Shown here: in pieces, positions 20,783 to 31,402 of the stretch | Numbering within the stretch: the stretch's first letter is position 1 | How the letters are laid out: every line of letters begins with the position of its first letter | From: Candidatus Bathyarchaeota archaeon | Lineage (GTDB): Archaea; Thermoproteota; Bathyarchaeia; 40CM-2-53-6; RBG-13-38-9 | Reading direction: 5' to 3' | DNA length: 64,000 bases | Assembly (NCBI GenBank): GCA_963807605.1 | Contig: CAWECG010000003.1 | Coordinates: 1 to 64,000 of the forward strand | The notes under the pieces: model-generated | Told to the model about the DNA's origin: nothing | Databases searched by the model: none | What the model saw: the letters and a program-made list of their open reading frames with translations, nothing else | Position numbers and translations under genes: made by a program

Positions 20783-23323
20783 GACTATTGGTCCATCCGC
20801 CCGACAGAAGTATACCGCTTACTCGAAAGTGGAGAACAGGGGTTAACTGAGAAAGAAGCCGAACGCCGATTAAAGACATATGGTCCTAACGAACTGCCCA
20901 GACAGGTGTTCAGCGGGACCAAAGTGCTTCTTAGGCAGTTCAGGAATCCTATATTTGCTATTCTAGTGGCATGCGCCGTTGTGTCAGGTTTCTTCCAGCA
21001 GCCAGAGCAGGCAGTAGTCATCCTCTTGATGATCGCCATCGCAGTTGTCTTAGGTTTCTTCAATGAGTACAAAGCAGAGAAAACTGTTGAAGACCTTCGG
21101 CGAAAAGTATCTATCAGAGCGGTGGTGACAAGAGACGGAAAGTCTAGGGAAATAGACTCAAGAGAAGTGGTTCCCGGAGACATACTTTCAGTCTATGTAG
21201 GTGACATCGTTCCTGCTGACATGAGAATTGTGGAATCTAAAGACCTACATGCCAATGAATCGACACTTACTGGCGAATCGTTTCCGGTTGAAAAATCTCC
21301 TAACAGTCTGGATCTTCAGCAACCCACCCCTATGCAACTGATGAACTATCTATTCACGGGTACAGTGATCGCACATGGAAGTGGCAAAGGCGTAGTGCTT
21401 TGCACTGGTCGAAACACGGAATTCGGGGCCATATCGAGAAGTCTGATTCGGCCTCATCCGGAGACGGAGTTCCAAAAAGGAGTGAAAAGCTATGGGACGA
21501 TGCTTCTCACTCTGACCATGGCGCTCTCGATCGGAATATTTGGGGTGAACGCAGCTCTCGGTCACCCAATAATTGATTCCCTACTGTTTTCTCTCGCGGT
21601 CGCGGTAGGATTAGTCCCAGAATTGATGCCTGCCATTGTGACGATCAGCCTCTCCCAAGGCGCCAGGAGAATGGCGAAAATAAAGACCGTTGTGAAACGT
21701 CTAGTATCGATCGAAGACTTCGGCAACATGAACATTCTCTGCGCAGATAAGACTGGAACTATGACCGAAGGAAAGATAGTTCTCAAAGAATATTGCTCGC
21801 TCAGCGACGAAAAAGATCCAAGGATCCTATCTTACTCACTCCTCTGCAACGCCGCTGTTGTTGGAGAGAGAATCACCGGCAACCCAATGGATGTTGCGAT
21901 ATGGGAGTATGCGAAAGAAAATGGAATCCAAGATGCTACTGAATCATATGTGCAGGTAGACGAGATTCCTTTCGATTATCAACGAAGAATCATGTCAACA
22001 GTGGTCAACAAAGAGCAGAAGTTGACACTAATCTCCAAGGGCGCTCCTGAATCGATTGTGGAAAAATGCAAACAGGTTGAGGTTGCGGGAAAAACAGAGT
22101 CGCTGGATTCCATTTTAGAATCGGTAAACAACAAGATGACCGATTTTGCCAGTGCAGGCTACCGCGCCCTTGCTGTTGCGTACCGAACGGTAGACAAGAA
22201 AGACTCGTATTCAGTTGAAGATGAGTCGAATCTGACACTCCTCGGCTTTCTAATATTCACCGATCCACCAAAGAAGGACGCTCACGAGGCGATCACCAAA
22301 CTCAGAGAGATGGGCGTTAATGTGAAGATATTGACAGGAGACAACGAGCTTGTGGCGGCAAAGATATGCAAGGACATTAAAGTTCCTATCAGGAAGGTTA
22401 TTCGTGGTTCAGAACTCTCCCAGATGAGTTCAGTTGAAATCAGAAAAGCAGTGGAAGAGGCGGATATTTTTGCACGTGTTACTCCGGAACAGAAACTTGA
22501 CATCATGAAAGCCCTTAGGGAAAACGGACATGTAGTCGGCTTCTTGGGCGATGGTGTCAATGATGCCCCTGCACTCTATGAGGCAGATGTGGGTATTTCG
22601 GTAGACTCAGCGGTGGACGTATCGAAGGACGCCGCAGATATCGTGCTTCTAGAGAAAGATTTGCTCGTCCTGGCTGATGGAATAGAGGAAGGGCGCAAGA
22701 TCTTTGGTAACACTACGAAGTACATTTTGATGGGAACAAGCTCAAACTTCGGAAATATGTTCAGCGCCGCCGCTGCATCGATCTTTCTACCGTTTCTACC
22801 GATGTTGCCGATGCAGATACTGTTCATGAATCTGCTTTATGACATATCGAATATGACATTACCAACTGACAATGTTGATGAGGAGTTCACTAAGTGGCCT
22901 CAACGCTGGGACATAGGGTTCATAAGAAAATTCACATTGTTCTTCGGTCCGTTTAGTTCTCTGTACGACTTTCTAACCTTCGGAATCATGTTGTTCATAT
23001 TCAATGCGTCCACTCTGGGGCGTGCGGCACTCTTTCAAACGGGATGGTTCGTAGAGTCATTCTGGACCGAAGTCTTGATAATGTTTGTAATTAGGACTAG
23101 GAGGATACCATTTGTAACGAGTCGTCCGGGAAAATGGCTGACTGTTCTTACTCTCTCCTGTGTCGCGTTTGGAACTATACTGCCCTTCACGATTTTCGGC
23201 GGCTTTATGGGGTTCACACCGTTGCCAACTGAATACTGGATCCTACTAATACTCATAGTTGCTACGTATCTGTTTCTGGTAGATGCAGGTAAGGTCTTCT
23301 ACTACAAGATTTGTGGACTTTGA
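20783..23323 (+). CDS. mgtA: Mg2+-transporting P-type ATPase
   Basis: LTGES, PELMP, DKTGT, GDGVND, SSNFGNMFS; the frame extends upstream (DYWS..GLTEKEAERRLKTYGPNEL) without a start codon, so a likely indel near 20780. Confidence 0.85.
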   Translation, partial: DYWSIRPTEVYRLLESGEQGLTEKEAERRLKTYGPNELPRQVFSGTKVLLRQFRNPIFAILVACAVVSGFFQQPEQAVVILLMIAIAVVLGFFNEYKAEKTVEDLRRKVSIRAVVTRDGKSREIDSREVVPGDILSVYVGDIVPADMRIVESKDLHANESTLTGESFPVEKSPNSLDLQQPTPMQLMNYLFTGTVIAHGSGKGVVLCTGRNTEFGAISRSLIRPHPETEFQKGVKSYGTMLLTLTMALSIGIFGVNAALGHPIIDSLLFSLAVAVGLVPELMPAIVTISLSQGARRMAKIKTVVKRLVSIEDFGNMNILCADKTGTMTEGKIVLKEYCSLSDEKDPRILSYSLLCNAAVVGERITGNPMDVAIWEYAKENGIQDATESYVQVDEIPFDYQRRIMSTVVNKEQKLTLISKGAPESIVEKCKQVEVAGKTESLDSILESVNNKMTDFASAGYRALAVAYRTVDKKDSYSVEDESNLTLLGFLIFTDPPKKDAHEAITKLREMGVNVKILTGDNELVAAKICKDIKVPIRKVIRGSELSQMSSVEIRKAVEEADIFARVTPEQKLDIMKALRENGHVVGFLGDGVNDAPALYEADVGISVDSAVDVSKDAADIVLLEKDLLVLADGIEEGRKIFGNTTKYILMGTSSNFGNMFSAAAASIFLPFLPMLPMQILFMNLLYDISNMTLPTDNVDEEFTKWPQRWDIGFIRKFTLFFGPFSSLYDFLTFGIMLFIFNASTLGRAALFQTGWFVESFWTEVLIMFVIRTRRIPFVTSRPGKWLTVLTLSCVAFGTILPFTIFGGFMGFTPLPTEYWILLILIVATYLFLVDAGKVFYYKICGL

Positions 23324-23338
23324 GGGTGAGAATCGTCT

Positions 23339-23692
23339 ATGACTGTGGATCTCAGATTATTCGATTGGTGGGTGATTAGTATCAGTTGGAGTATAGTATT
23401 CATGTCCTTGGCCGGTATCTACATTTACGCAGACAGCAAGAAGAAAATGGCTAAGATGAAAAACGGGCACCACGTGAGGACCCGTCCTCTCACTGTTGTA
23501 AAGGACTTCGTCTTTGTCTGGGTCCTTTTTGCTCTTCTCATTCTCTACATAGTCTCCATAAACAGAGGTTCTGCCATGCTCTTCGCTGTTGGAAACATCT
23601 TCACCGAAGCAGCACTAATCATCTACGCGGTGAAGAACAGAACTGGCAAACGACCGGCTGCGAATGCAAGCGATGTTAAGAATTACTCTTAG
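23339..23692 (+). CDS. Hypothetical membrane protein
   Basis: Three hydrophobic segments, 15 bp after mgtA. Confidence 0.6.
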   Translation: MTVDLRLFDWWVISISWSIVFMSLAGIYIYADSKKKMAKMKNGHHVRTRPLTVVKDFVFVWVLFALLILYIVSINRGSAMLFAVGNIFTEAALIIYAVKNRTGKRPAANASDVKNYS

Positions 23693-23837
23693 CCGTTGAA
23701 TGCTGCCCATATGTACGTACGTTAAGATGGGTGAAGGCCCTGCTAAATTAAGCAGATCCAGAGCACAACGCACGCTTCACTCTACGTCTTATTTCTGACC
23801 TCGCATTTGTATTCATTGGAAAATCAAAGAAGAAGAG

Positions 23838-24785
23838 TTGTGGTCACACTTGAAGGGAGACATCCCCTATCGGTCACTCGGGCGTACAGGCCAAGAAGTC
23901 TCTATCGTGGGGCTGGGTGGGTACCACATCGGGACCCAAGATTTGAGTGAGGAGGAGAGTATTCGGATCACGCGCACAGCCATCGACAATGGGATAAACT
24001 TCATGGATAATTGCTGGGACTACAACGAGGGCATCAGCGAAATTCGGATGGGCAAGGCCCTTCAGAATGGGTACAGGGACAAGATTTTCCTCATGACGAA
24101 GATTGACGGCCAGTATAAGATGGTGGCCGAGCAACAAATCCAAGAGTCTCTGCAGCGACTTCACACAGACCACATAGATCTGCTGCAATTCCATGAAATC
24201 ATCCGCATTGATGATTGTTATCGGATTTTTGGGCAGGGCGGCGCCATAGAGGCGGCCCTAGAGGCCAAGGAGGCTGGAAAGATCCGTTACATCGGCTTCA
24301 CTGGCCACAAGAGTCCTGAAGTCCACTTGAAGATGTTGGAGACTGCTTTCAAGCATCGATTTGTCTTCGACGCCGTTATGATGCCCCTCAACGTCATGGA
24401 TCCACACTTTGAGAGCTTCGAGACGAAGGTGCTACCAGTGCTGAAGGAACACAGCATCGGCGTCATTGCGATGAAGCCTTTCGGTTTCCGTCACATCTTG
24501 GAGAGTGAGACGGTCAGTCCCGTAGAGTGTTTGCACTACGTGATGAGCCTGCCGGTCGATGTCGTTGTGACCGGCTGCGACTCTCTCCCGATTCTTGAGC
24601 AAGCCCTGGAGGCCGCGCGCAGCTTCAGGCCGATGACAGAAGCAGAACGTTCGGCCCTCTTGGCCAGAACCGCCAAGGCTGCCGAAGGCGGCAAGTTCGA
24701 GCCCTACAAGACGACTAGGCAATTCGACATGACTGACTTCAATCCACATTGGCTGGGACTAAAGTCAGTGACTTTTCCCCGCTGA
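23838..24785 (+). CDS. Aldo/keto reductase
   Basis: YRSLGRTG.EVS..GLGG, GINFMDNCWDY, SLQRLHTDHIDLLQFH, GKIRYIG. Confidence 0.9.
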   Translation: MWSHLKGDIPYRSLGRTGQEVSIVGLGGYHIGTQDLSEEESIRITRTAIDNGINFMDNCWDYNEGISEIRMGKALQNGYRDKIFLMTKIDGQYKMVAEQQIQESLQRLHTDHIDLLQFHEIIRIDDCYRIFGQGGAIEAALEAKEAGKIRYIGFTGHKSPEVHLKMLETAFKHRFVFDAVMMPLNVMDPHFESFETKVLPVLKEHSIGVIAMKPFGFRHILESETVSPVECLHYVMSLPVDVVVTGCDSLPILEQALEAARSFRPMTEAERSALLARTAKAAEGGKFEPYKTTRQFDMTDFNPHWLGLKSVTFPR

Positions 24786-24981
24786 ACAGCGTATCATCTG
24801 GAATCATTATAAGCACCATGTAGATCGCTCCACACTAATTAGCGCGCGCCATAATGGCTACCTCATCATCCACATCGTCACAGTAGATTGGGGTTGCTGT
24901 TTCCCACCACTTAGCCACGTTCACATTCTGATGAGAATGCCACGGCACATGCTAAAATGAGCTGCTTCATAGCAAGATTTC

Positions 24982-25967
24982 TCATACTAGCGAGTACAAT
25001 ATTTTACCGTTCTGGCTATGGCGGCGTACCTTGCCCTTGTTTTCCAGAAATCTGATATGAGCTAGAGTCTCACTAAAGGCGAACCACTTCTGCGCGGGTG
25101 GGAAATCCTCCCAGGAGTTGAAGGCGATATTCCAGGTGATGCGGGGTGCGATCTGGAGGGCAGTCTTGGCACCATCGCGCAGAGCGGTGAGCACTTCATT
25201 CAACCGGTCGCGGTGGTGTTCCTGAAGTTCCCTGATTCTCTTGTGCAGGTCATGCACCAATCGGCGATGCCCCGGCAGAACAATTTTGACATCAAGAGCC
25301 TGGACTTTCTCCAGGTTCGTCAGATACTCGTTGAGAGGGATCATCCATCTCCAGCCAATAAGAAATGTTGGGCGTAATATCAGAACAGAACGTGGTCGCC
25401 AGCGACTAGGATCTTTTTGTTCGGCTCGTAGAGGCACATATGCCCTGGCGAGTGCCCTGGCGTGGAGATACATTTGAAGTGGAAATCACCGACTTTTATC
25501 ATGTCGCCATCTTTTACCAAAGAAAAGGCGACTTCTCTCTTTAGCCCGTACTTATGCGCCGGATGGCTCTCCATGGATAGACGGGCATCTTCTGCAGGAA
25601 AGCCGTTAGCCACGTAAACATCCATCAGTTTCTGCCAGTGGTCTGCCCAGTTGTTACGTAGGGTGTTAATCTGGCGAGCCTCTTTTTCATTGAAGTAGAC
25701 TTTGGAGTTGTCTGTCGCGAGGGTGCCGGCAAGCCCCATGTGGTCAACATGGAGGTGGGTGACAAAAATATCGGTCTTGTTCAGGTCGACGCCTAGCTCC
25801 TGTAAACTGGCGTTCATCTCATTTTGGCACTCCTCCCGATTGAACCCGGTGTCAATAATCAGGAATCTATCCCTGCCTCTGATAACATAGGAATTTAGCC
25901 ACTTCAGGGGGCTTTTGGGCAGGGGAATTTCCATTCGGTATAGGTTCGGTACAATTTCTTCAATCAT
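24982..25967 (-). pseudogene. MBL-fold metallo-hydrolase with frameshifts near 25340-25385
   Basis: THLHVDH, TPGHSPGH, AGDH then LPGH in another frame; DITPNI recoverable by indel correction. Confidence 0.8.
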
Positions 25968-26121
25968 GATGTGTGGGATCTCCCTCAAAAATCTCTGGCG
26001 TAGCGCTTCCAACAGTATTCGGCTGACTTATGTTCACTCTTTTTCGTAGCATACGTATTTTTTAATCGAGGTTCTAGCTGTAGAAAAGGAATCGGATAAG
26101 AATTTTGGTGGACGCGCGCGC

Positions 26122-26258
26122 GTGGAGAAAATACCGACGCCACTAATTTCGCTCTCATCTCTAACAGGACATACTACACGTAGTATTCCATCCCTACGGA
26201 GCTCGAAATTCCTCCGACCATGTTCCCAGACGATTTTATCGGCACCGGGCTCGTGCAT
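26122..26258 (-). pseudogene. Fragment of a YciI-like protein
   Basis: IVWEHGRRNFELRRDGILRVVCPVRDESEISGVGIF, cut at a (CG)n tract. Confidence 0.5.
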
Positions 26259-26571
26259 TCTAGGAGTCGTGCAAAATGACGATTGTATATGGTTTCGTCC
26301 TTTGGAGCATTTCTTGCATATAGGCATCGGTAATGACGGTCATGTTACAAAAATCTCCTGAAGATGAGTTAAATGGAAGAGCGAGCGATAAAAAGCATTG
26401 ACTCCAATACTGAGGTAGTGTTATTCATGAACTAACTCAGCCCCTTGTGAACTCGTGCGCGTCATTTTCACTGCACGCGATAGATTTTGGCCAGTCGCAA
26501 GCGCGCGCGTCGTGACTTACCACTCTTAATAGGTTAGGATGATGATTTCAAAGTGGCGAAGTGATGATTGT

Positions 26572-26970
26572 ATGAAAATGAATCCAGTGGTGCATTTCGA
26601 AATGCCTTATGAAGACCGTGAACGGCTCGTGAAGTTTTACACGCAGGCCTTTGGCTGGCAGATGCAGAAGCTCGGCGAAGATATGGGCGATTACGTTACT
26701 GCAGCTACGACAGAGACTGACGAGAACAGGATGGTGAAAAGACCGGGCGCGATCAACGGCGGGTTCTTTCCTAAGAAACCTGATTGGCCGGCTCAGTACC
26801 CATCCGTAGTTATTGCCGTGGATGATATCAAGGAAGCGATGAAGAAGGTCCCCGATGCGGGTGGAAAGGTTCTCGGCAAACCCGTGGAGATCCCCGGTAT
26901 CGGGCAATATGTTTCGTTCACCGACACAGAGGGCAATCGGGTAAGCATTCTGCAACCAGCTAAAAGGTAG
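26572..26970 (+). CDS. VOC/glyoxalase family protein
   Basis: NPVVHFE..FY..AFGW, GAINGG, AGGKVLG.P.EIPGIG...FTDTEGNR. Confidence 0.9.
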   Translation: MKMNPVVHFEMPYEDRERLVKFYTQAFGWQMQKLGEDMGDYVTAATTETDENRMVKRPGAINGGFFPKKPDWPAQYPSVVIAVDDIKEAMKKVPDAGGKVLGKPVEIPGIGQYVSFTDTEGNRVSILQPAKR

Positions 26971-27027
26971 AAATATAATCGCGCGCGTTGTGAAGAGTTC
27001 GATTGCCAATTTGAATGAGGATCGACT

Positions 27028-27780
27028 ATGAGCCTCTCTGGCAAAGTAGCGCTGGTAACTGGAGCAGGTAGCGGAATAGGAAGAGGTTGTGCGATTCAGC
27101 TAGCACAGAGCGGAGCAGACCTGATCCTCTGGGGACGAACTGAGAGCAAGCTGGCCGAGACCGGAGCTGAGATCTCTGCGGTGAGGCAAAAATGCAGCTG
27201 GTACTCCGCGGACATCACGAATATCCAGGAGATCCCGGAAGTTCTGCAGAAAACTCGTAGGGAATGCGGTGAGATAGATGTACTGGTTAACAGTGCAGGC
27301 GTCAACATTCCACAGAACGCTGAAGATGTTACTGCCCAAGCATGGAACACTATCATGGACACAAACGTCAAAGGGCTGTTCTTCTGTTGCCAGTCCGTGG
27401 CCAAGCAGTCCATGATACCACGAAAGAAAGGAGTGATAATCAACATCTCCTCCCAAGCTGGAAAGGTAGCGCTACCACTTCGAGCAGCATACTGCTCAAG
27501 TAAAGGAGCGGTAGACCAGTTGACTAGGGTATTGGCGCTTGAGTGGGCAAAACATGATATAAGAGTAAATGCGGTCGCGCCGACCTTCGTCGAAACCCCG
27601 TTCACGACCAAGATGCTGGCTGATCAGGAGTTCAAAGATTACGTTATGAACAAGATCCTTCTGAGACGGTTTGCCACACCTGAGGACGTGGCTAATGCTG
27701 TGTGTTTTCTAGCGTCAGACCAGTCCAGTATGATCACGGGCGCAGTCATACCTGTAGATGGTGGCTGGACGATTCACTAA
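27028..27780 (+). CDS. SDR family oxidoreductase
   Basis: TGAGSGIG, YCSSK, VNAVAPT, VDGG. Confidence 0.92.
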   Translation: MSLSGKVALVTGAGSGIGRGCAIQLAQSGADLILWGRTESKLAETGAEISAVRQKCSWYSADITNIQEIPEVLQKTRRECGEIDVLVNSAGVNIPQNAEDVTAQAWNTIMDTNVKGLFFCCQSVAKQSMIPRKKGVIINISSQAGKVALPLRAAYCSSKGAVDQLTRVLALEWAKHDIRVNAVAPTFVETPFTTKMLADQEFKDYVMNKILLRRFATPEDVANAVCFLASDQSSMITGAVIPVDGGWTIH

Positions 27781-27799
27781 TCAAGAGACGCGTGCGCGT

Positions 27800-27927
27800 C
27801 TTTTGGAGAAAGCTGAACTGAGCGATGAAGAAGAAAGAAAGCTGGAACGCGAGTTCTCCAGACAATATCACATAATCACATTTGATGAACGTCTCGAAAA
27901 GATCGCAGAAGATATTGTTTCGCATTT
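27800..27927 (+). pseudogene. Internal fragment of type I restriction subunit R (HsdR)
   Basis: LLEKAELSDEEERKLEREFSRQYHIITFDERLEKIAEDIVSHL, recognised as a conserved HsdR segment. Confidence 0.6.
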
Positions 27928-27982
27928 ACGCGCGCGCTTGAGCAGAATTCCAGCAGGCAGAAAAGGATTCGGATAATTTTTG

Positions 27983-28092
27983 TGGTGGACCGGGCGGGAT
28001 TTGAACCCGCGACCTCCCACATTTCGGAACAGTTGCTATGCCAAGCGGGCGTTCGTTGGCCTCCAGAGCATACCAAACTGAACTACCGGCCC
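27983..28092 (-). tRNA. tRNA-Ala(GGC) with two introns (D-loop about 15 nt; 37/38, 17 nt), CCA encoded
   Basis: GGGCCGG/CCGGTCC acceptor with G3:U70, TTCAAAT T-loop, BHB motifs at both introns. Confidence 0.92.
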
Positions 28093-28295
28093 AACCCATT
28101 CCAAACCTGTCTAATGTAAGCTTCGTCTTGGCGGCGGTTAGAACATGTCTATTGCTGTTAATATCGATTTAGGTCTGAAAACGGCGACTTGCATATTTGC
28201 ATTTCAACTTCGAACAATACTTCTGTCTTTTAGAGAGAAATGCTCCTCTTGAACATTCAGTTAAAACCAGGTCGTCACTGAGAGAGAACGCGCTT

Positions 28296-29711
28296 CTAGA
28301 GCCTTCCGCCCTCTGTCATCTTCCTTAGATCTAGTTTCTCTTTTAGCTGATTCGCTGTCAGGATCCCTTTCTCTAGTACAATCTCAGGTATGCTCTTTTC
28401 CGCTTCGAGCGCTTCCTTGAAGACCTCAGCAGCCTTATCATAGCCTATGGTCGGTGCAAGAGCAGTTATGAGGCTCAAGCTTCGTTCGCCATAGAATCTG
28501 CAGCGCTCCCTATCAGCTTGGATCCCATCGACACACTTCTCAGCCAGGATCCTGCACATATTAGCTTCGCATCCAATTGATTCCAACAAGGCGTAGGCTA
28601 TTATCGGCATCATCATGTTCAGCTCAAGCTCACCATTCTGGGCGGCAACTGTTACTGTTAGATCATTTCCGAATACCCTGGCTGCTACAAGTGCGGTTGC
28701 CTCTGGAACGACAGGATTAACCTTACCTGGCATTATGCTTGAGCCCGGTTCGATAGCAGGCAGATGTATTTCAGACAGACCGGTATTCGGGCCTGAGTTC
28801 AGCAGTCTGAGGTCTCGTGAGATCCTCATGAGGCTGGCCGCGAGAGTCCTTGTTGCCCCGCTCAGCTCCAGAGCCCCGTTTCGGCTTTGAAGTGCTTCAA
28901 ACCGGTTCTCGGCGTTTCGAAATTTCAAACCTGTAATCTTATTGATGTATCCTATAGCGATCTGGGCAAACTTCGGGTGGGTGTTTAAACCTGTGCCAAC
29001 AGCTGTTCCTCCGAGGGCTAGATCCCAGAGGGATGATTCTGCTCGGGTAATTCTTTCGAGATCATGTTTGATAGCGCCTGCATAGCCGCTGAATTCCTGC
29101 CCCAAGGTTATTGGGACGGCATCTTGAAGGTGAGTTCTTCCAGACTTGATTATATCCGCAAACTCCTTGGCTTTGTTTGAAAGGCTGGAGTAGAGTCTCT
29201 GCACCTGTGGTTTAAGCTCCTTCTCAACAGCCTCTACCGCCGCAATGTGTATCGTTGTTGGAAAGACGTCATTTGTCGACTGACCCATGTTGACGTGATC
29301 ATTAGGATGTACGAGGCTCTTGTCTCCCCTCTTTCCTCCTAGCAGCTCTGCGGCCCTGTTAGCTATCACCTCGTTGGCATTCATGTTTGTTGATGTTCCC
29401 GAGCCCGTCTGGAAGATGTCGAGTGGGAAATGTAAGTCCAGCCTGCCTTCGATGACTTCTTTCGCCGCGTCTGCTATCGCCTTGCCTTTTCGGCCGTCGA
29501 GAAGCTGAAGATCCATATTGGCCTGAGCTGCTGCAAGCTTGACGATTCCCAGGGCCCTGATCAATGGTCGGAGGAACCTGAGACCCGAGATCTCGAAGAC
29601 ATCTAGGGCTCTTTGCGTCTGAGCCCCCCAATATGCATCCTTCGAGACTCTGACCTCGCCCATCGTATCTGTCTCGATTCTAAATTCTTGATCATCCCTA
29701 CCCGATACCAA
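28296..29711 (-). CDS. fumC: Class II fumarate hydratase
   Basis: FRIETDTMG, QTGSGTSTNMN, GRTHLQDA, GSSIMPGKVNP. Confidence 0.9.
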   Translation of the reverse strand: MVSGRDDQEFRIETDTMGEVRVSKDAYWGAQTQRALDVFEISGLRFLRPLIRALGIVKLAAAQANMDLQLLDGRKGKAIADAAKEVIEGRLDLHFPLDIFQTGSGTSTNMNANEVIANRAAELLGGKRGDKSLVHPNDHVNMGQSTNDVFPTTIHIAAVEAVEKELKPQVQRLYSSLSNKAKEFADIIKSGRTHLQDAVPITLGQEFSGYAGAIKHDLERITRAESSLWDLALGGTAVGTGLNTHPKFAQIAIGYINKITGLKFRNAENRFEALQSRNGALELSGATRTLAASLMRISRDLRLLNSGPNTGLSEIHLPAIEPGSSIMPGKVNPVVPEATALVAARVFGNDLTVTVAAQNGELELNMMMPIIAYALLESIGCEANMCRILAEKCVDGIQADRERCRFYGERSLSLITALAPTIGYDKAAEVFKEALEAEKSIPEIVLEKGILTANQLKEKLDLRKMTEGGRL

Positions 29712-29941
29712 GTGCCTTATCGCTCCGAGTTTCTTGATCTTAGATCTCTGGATCCTCTCTTAGGCCTATCTGGGCGGCTGATGGTTGCGTGGCCAGTAAG
29801 GCTTCGGCCGCCTTGAGAAGTAACGTATTGTCGGCACGACTTGAGAAATTCGCTCAAAAGCATGCAGCTACGGGAGCATTTGTTGATTACAGAATCTTTA
29901 AGAAAATCTTAAGTCAGTCTTCACATCTGCTGTAGAGGTGT

Positions 29942-30079
29942 GCCGAGGTAGCTCAGCCTGATCCATCCCCATGGAGACTAGGGAGAGCACCCGACGCCTA
30001 AAGTGGGTGAAGCTGAAGACCGGGCTGTCGCTGGTTCAAAACAGACTAGTGATCTGTGAAATTCCGGCCCTCGGCACCA
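29942..30079 (+). tRNA. tRNA-Phe(GAA) with three non-canonical introns (29961-29981, 29994-30011, 30041-30062)
   Basis: GCCGAGG/CCTCGGC-ACCA acceptor; removing three BHB-flanked inserts gives a canonical cloverleaf. Confidence 0.92.
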
Positions 30080-30338
30080 ATTCTTACAAACTACATGGAA
30101 ACGTATCCTCAACTCAGCCACTGGAAACTCAGCATTAACACTCCTATCACGGACGCGTCTGCTGGGGTCTACTAAATTACCTTTAGTCTCATGATAACAA
30201 AGGTGTTGACGAACGCGGCCTGAGTTCAGGGCTCTTCATTGCTGTGAATAATAGAGCGGTGTGTAGGAGCCTTATGGCCGCGTAGCTAATGCGTGCGCTC
30301 AAAAAATAAGCATGGGCTAGGAATCCCGACCCGCACTG

Positions 30339-30740
30339 TTAGTTCTTAGGAGTTGACAGTGCGAGTGCGCCGCCAACGATTCCTAGTATAGCGCCGATGA
30401 GGAAACCTCCCATAAATGCTCCCAAGACGCTTATTATTGAGAAGAGCAGTATCAGCGTTCCCCATATCGTAGTTTGTGCAGGGCGGCTCTTGAGCAGGAT
30501 AGCAGAGATCAACACGATTATTCCTGATGCTAGCCCAAGAATCCAGGTTGCTCCCATTGCAGCAAGCGCGCGCGGCTGTCCCATAATTCCGCTTGCTCCA
30601 CCCATCATACCCCGCATTCCGGTGGCCCCTCCACCTATCATGCCAATTCCCCACAGTGTCATATACACACTCCCCAGCAGAATGAAAATACCCGCAATCA
30701 GTGATATGATGAACGCCGCTGTCGGCTTAGTCTCTGGCAT
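30339..30740 (-). CDS. DUF6114-like membrane protein
   Basis: PTAAFIISLIAGIFILLG ... GGFLIGAILGIVGGALAL. Confidence 0.75.
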   Translation of the reverse strand: MPETKPTAAFIISLIAGIFILLGSVYMTLWGIGMIGGGATGMRGMMGGASGIMGQPRALAAMGATWILGLASGIIVLISAILLKSRPAQTTIWGTLILLFSIISVLGAFMGGFLIGAILGIVGGALALSTPKN

Positions 30741-30972
30741 TTTCTTCACCTCCATAAAGACTTCAACGCAGAGAATATAAAAGCTCATGTTGTTTCAAAG
30801 CGCTAACGCAAGACCTTAGAAAGCATCTACAATTCACATTGCGTAACCCCCTGAGGAATAGCGGTTGTTTATCGGTCGCGCGTGTAAGAGCCTCGACAGA
30901 CCTTCCAAGCAACCAACAACCCTTCTTAATCTTATTATACTCTTGATCGCATCCTTATGCCTGTGCGTCTAA

Positions 30973-31084
30973 GCGGCCGTAGTCCAGCTTGGTCTAAGAC
31001 ATCGGCCTGCCATAAAGTTGCAGACCGCCGGTGACCCGGGAGATCGTCTCAAACGATCCGGGAGTTCAAATCCCGGCGGCCGCA
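30973..31084 (+). tRNA. tRNA-Gly(GCC) with two introns (31013-31025 at 37/38; 31041-31064 in the T-arm)
   Basis: GCGGCCG/CGGCCGC-A acceptor; both inserts form BHB motifs. Confidence 0.92.
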
Positions 31085-31365
31085 CATCACCCTTCAGAAT
31101 GGTTGAGGAAAATTTGGACCCTTTCTAGGGATTCTGCCTCGTTTTGGCGTTAACACGGTTTTGACTATTCGGACTCTGCTTTCTACGTTTGCACTCCCGA
31201 TATCTCTCTCATGGGTGAACAGGAGGTTGTCCGAAGTTACAGCTTGATCCTGCAATGGACATGTTTTATCCTCTACCCATGGTAGCACTCAGCGGTTCAG
31301 GGAGCATTGTTCCCTAATAGGTGGTTTCATACTCCTTGGTGATGGGTTTATGTCCGTACTAGAGT

Positions 31366-31402
31366 CTGAACTACCGCAGACTGAAGCCTGCGAAGCTTCT
31401 TG
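31366..31402 (-). mobile_element. IS605-type hairpin end, second family
   Basis: caagaagcttcgcaggcttcagtctgcggtagttcag, similar to 50797-50831. Confidence 0.6.

Noticed and set aside
31260-31402. Possible IscB omegaRNA
   Set aside because: Only the short hairpin matches IS605-type ends; no iscB ORF or recognisable scaffold.
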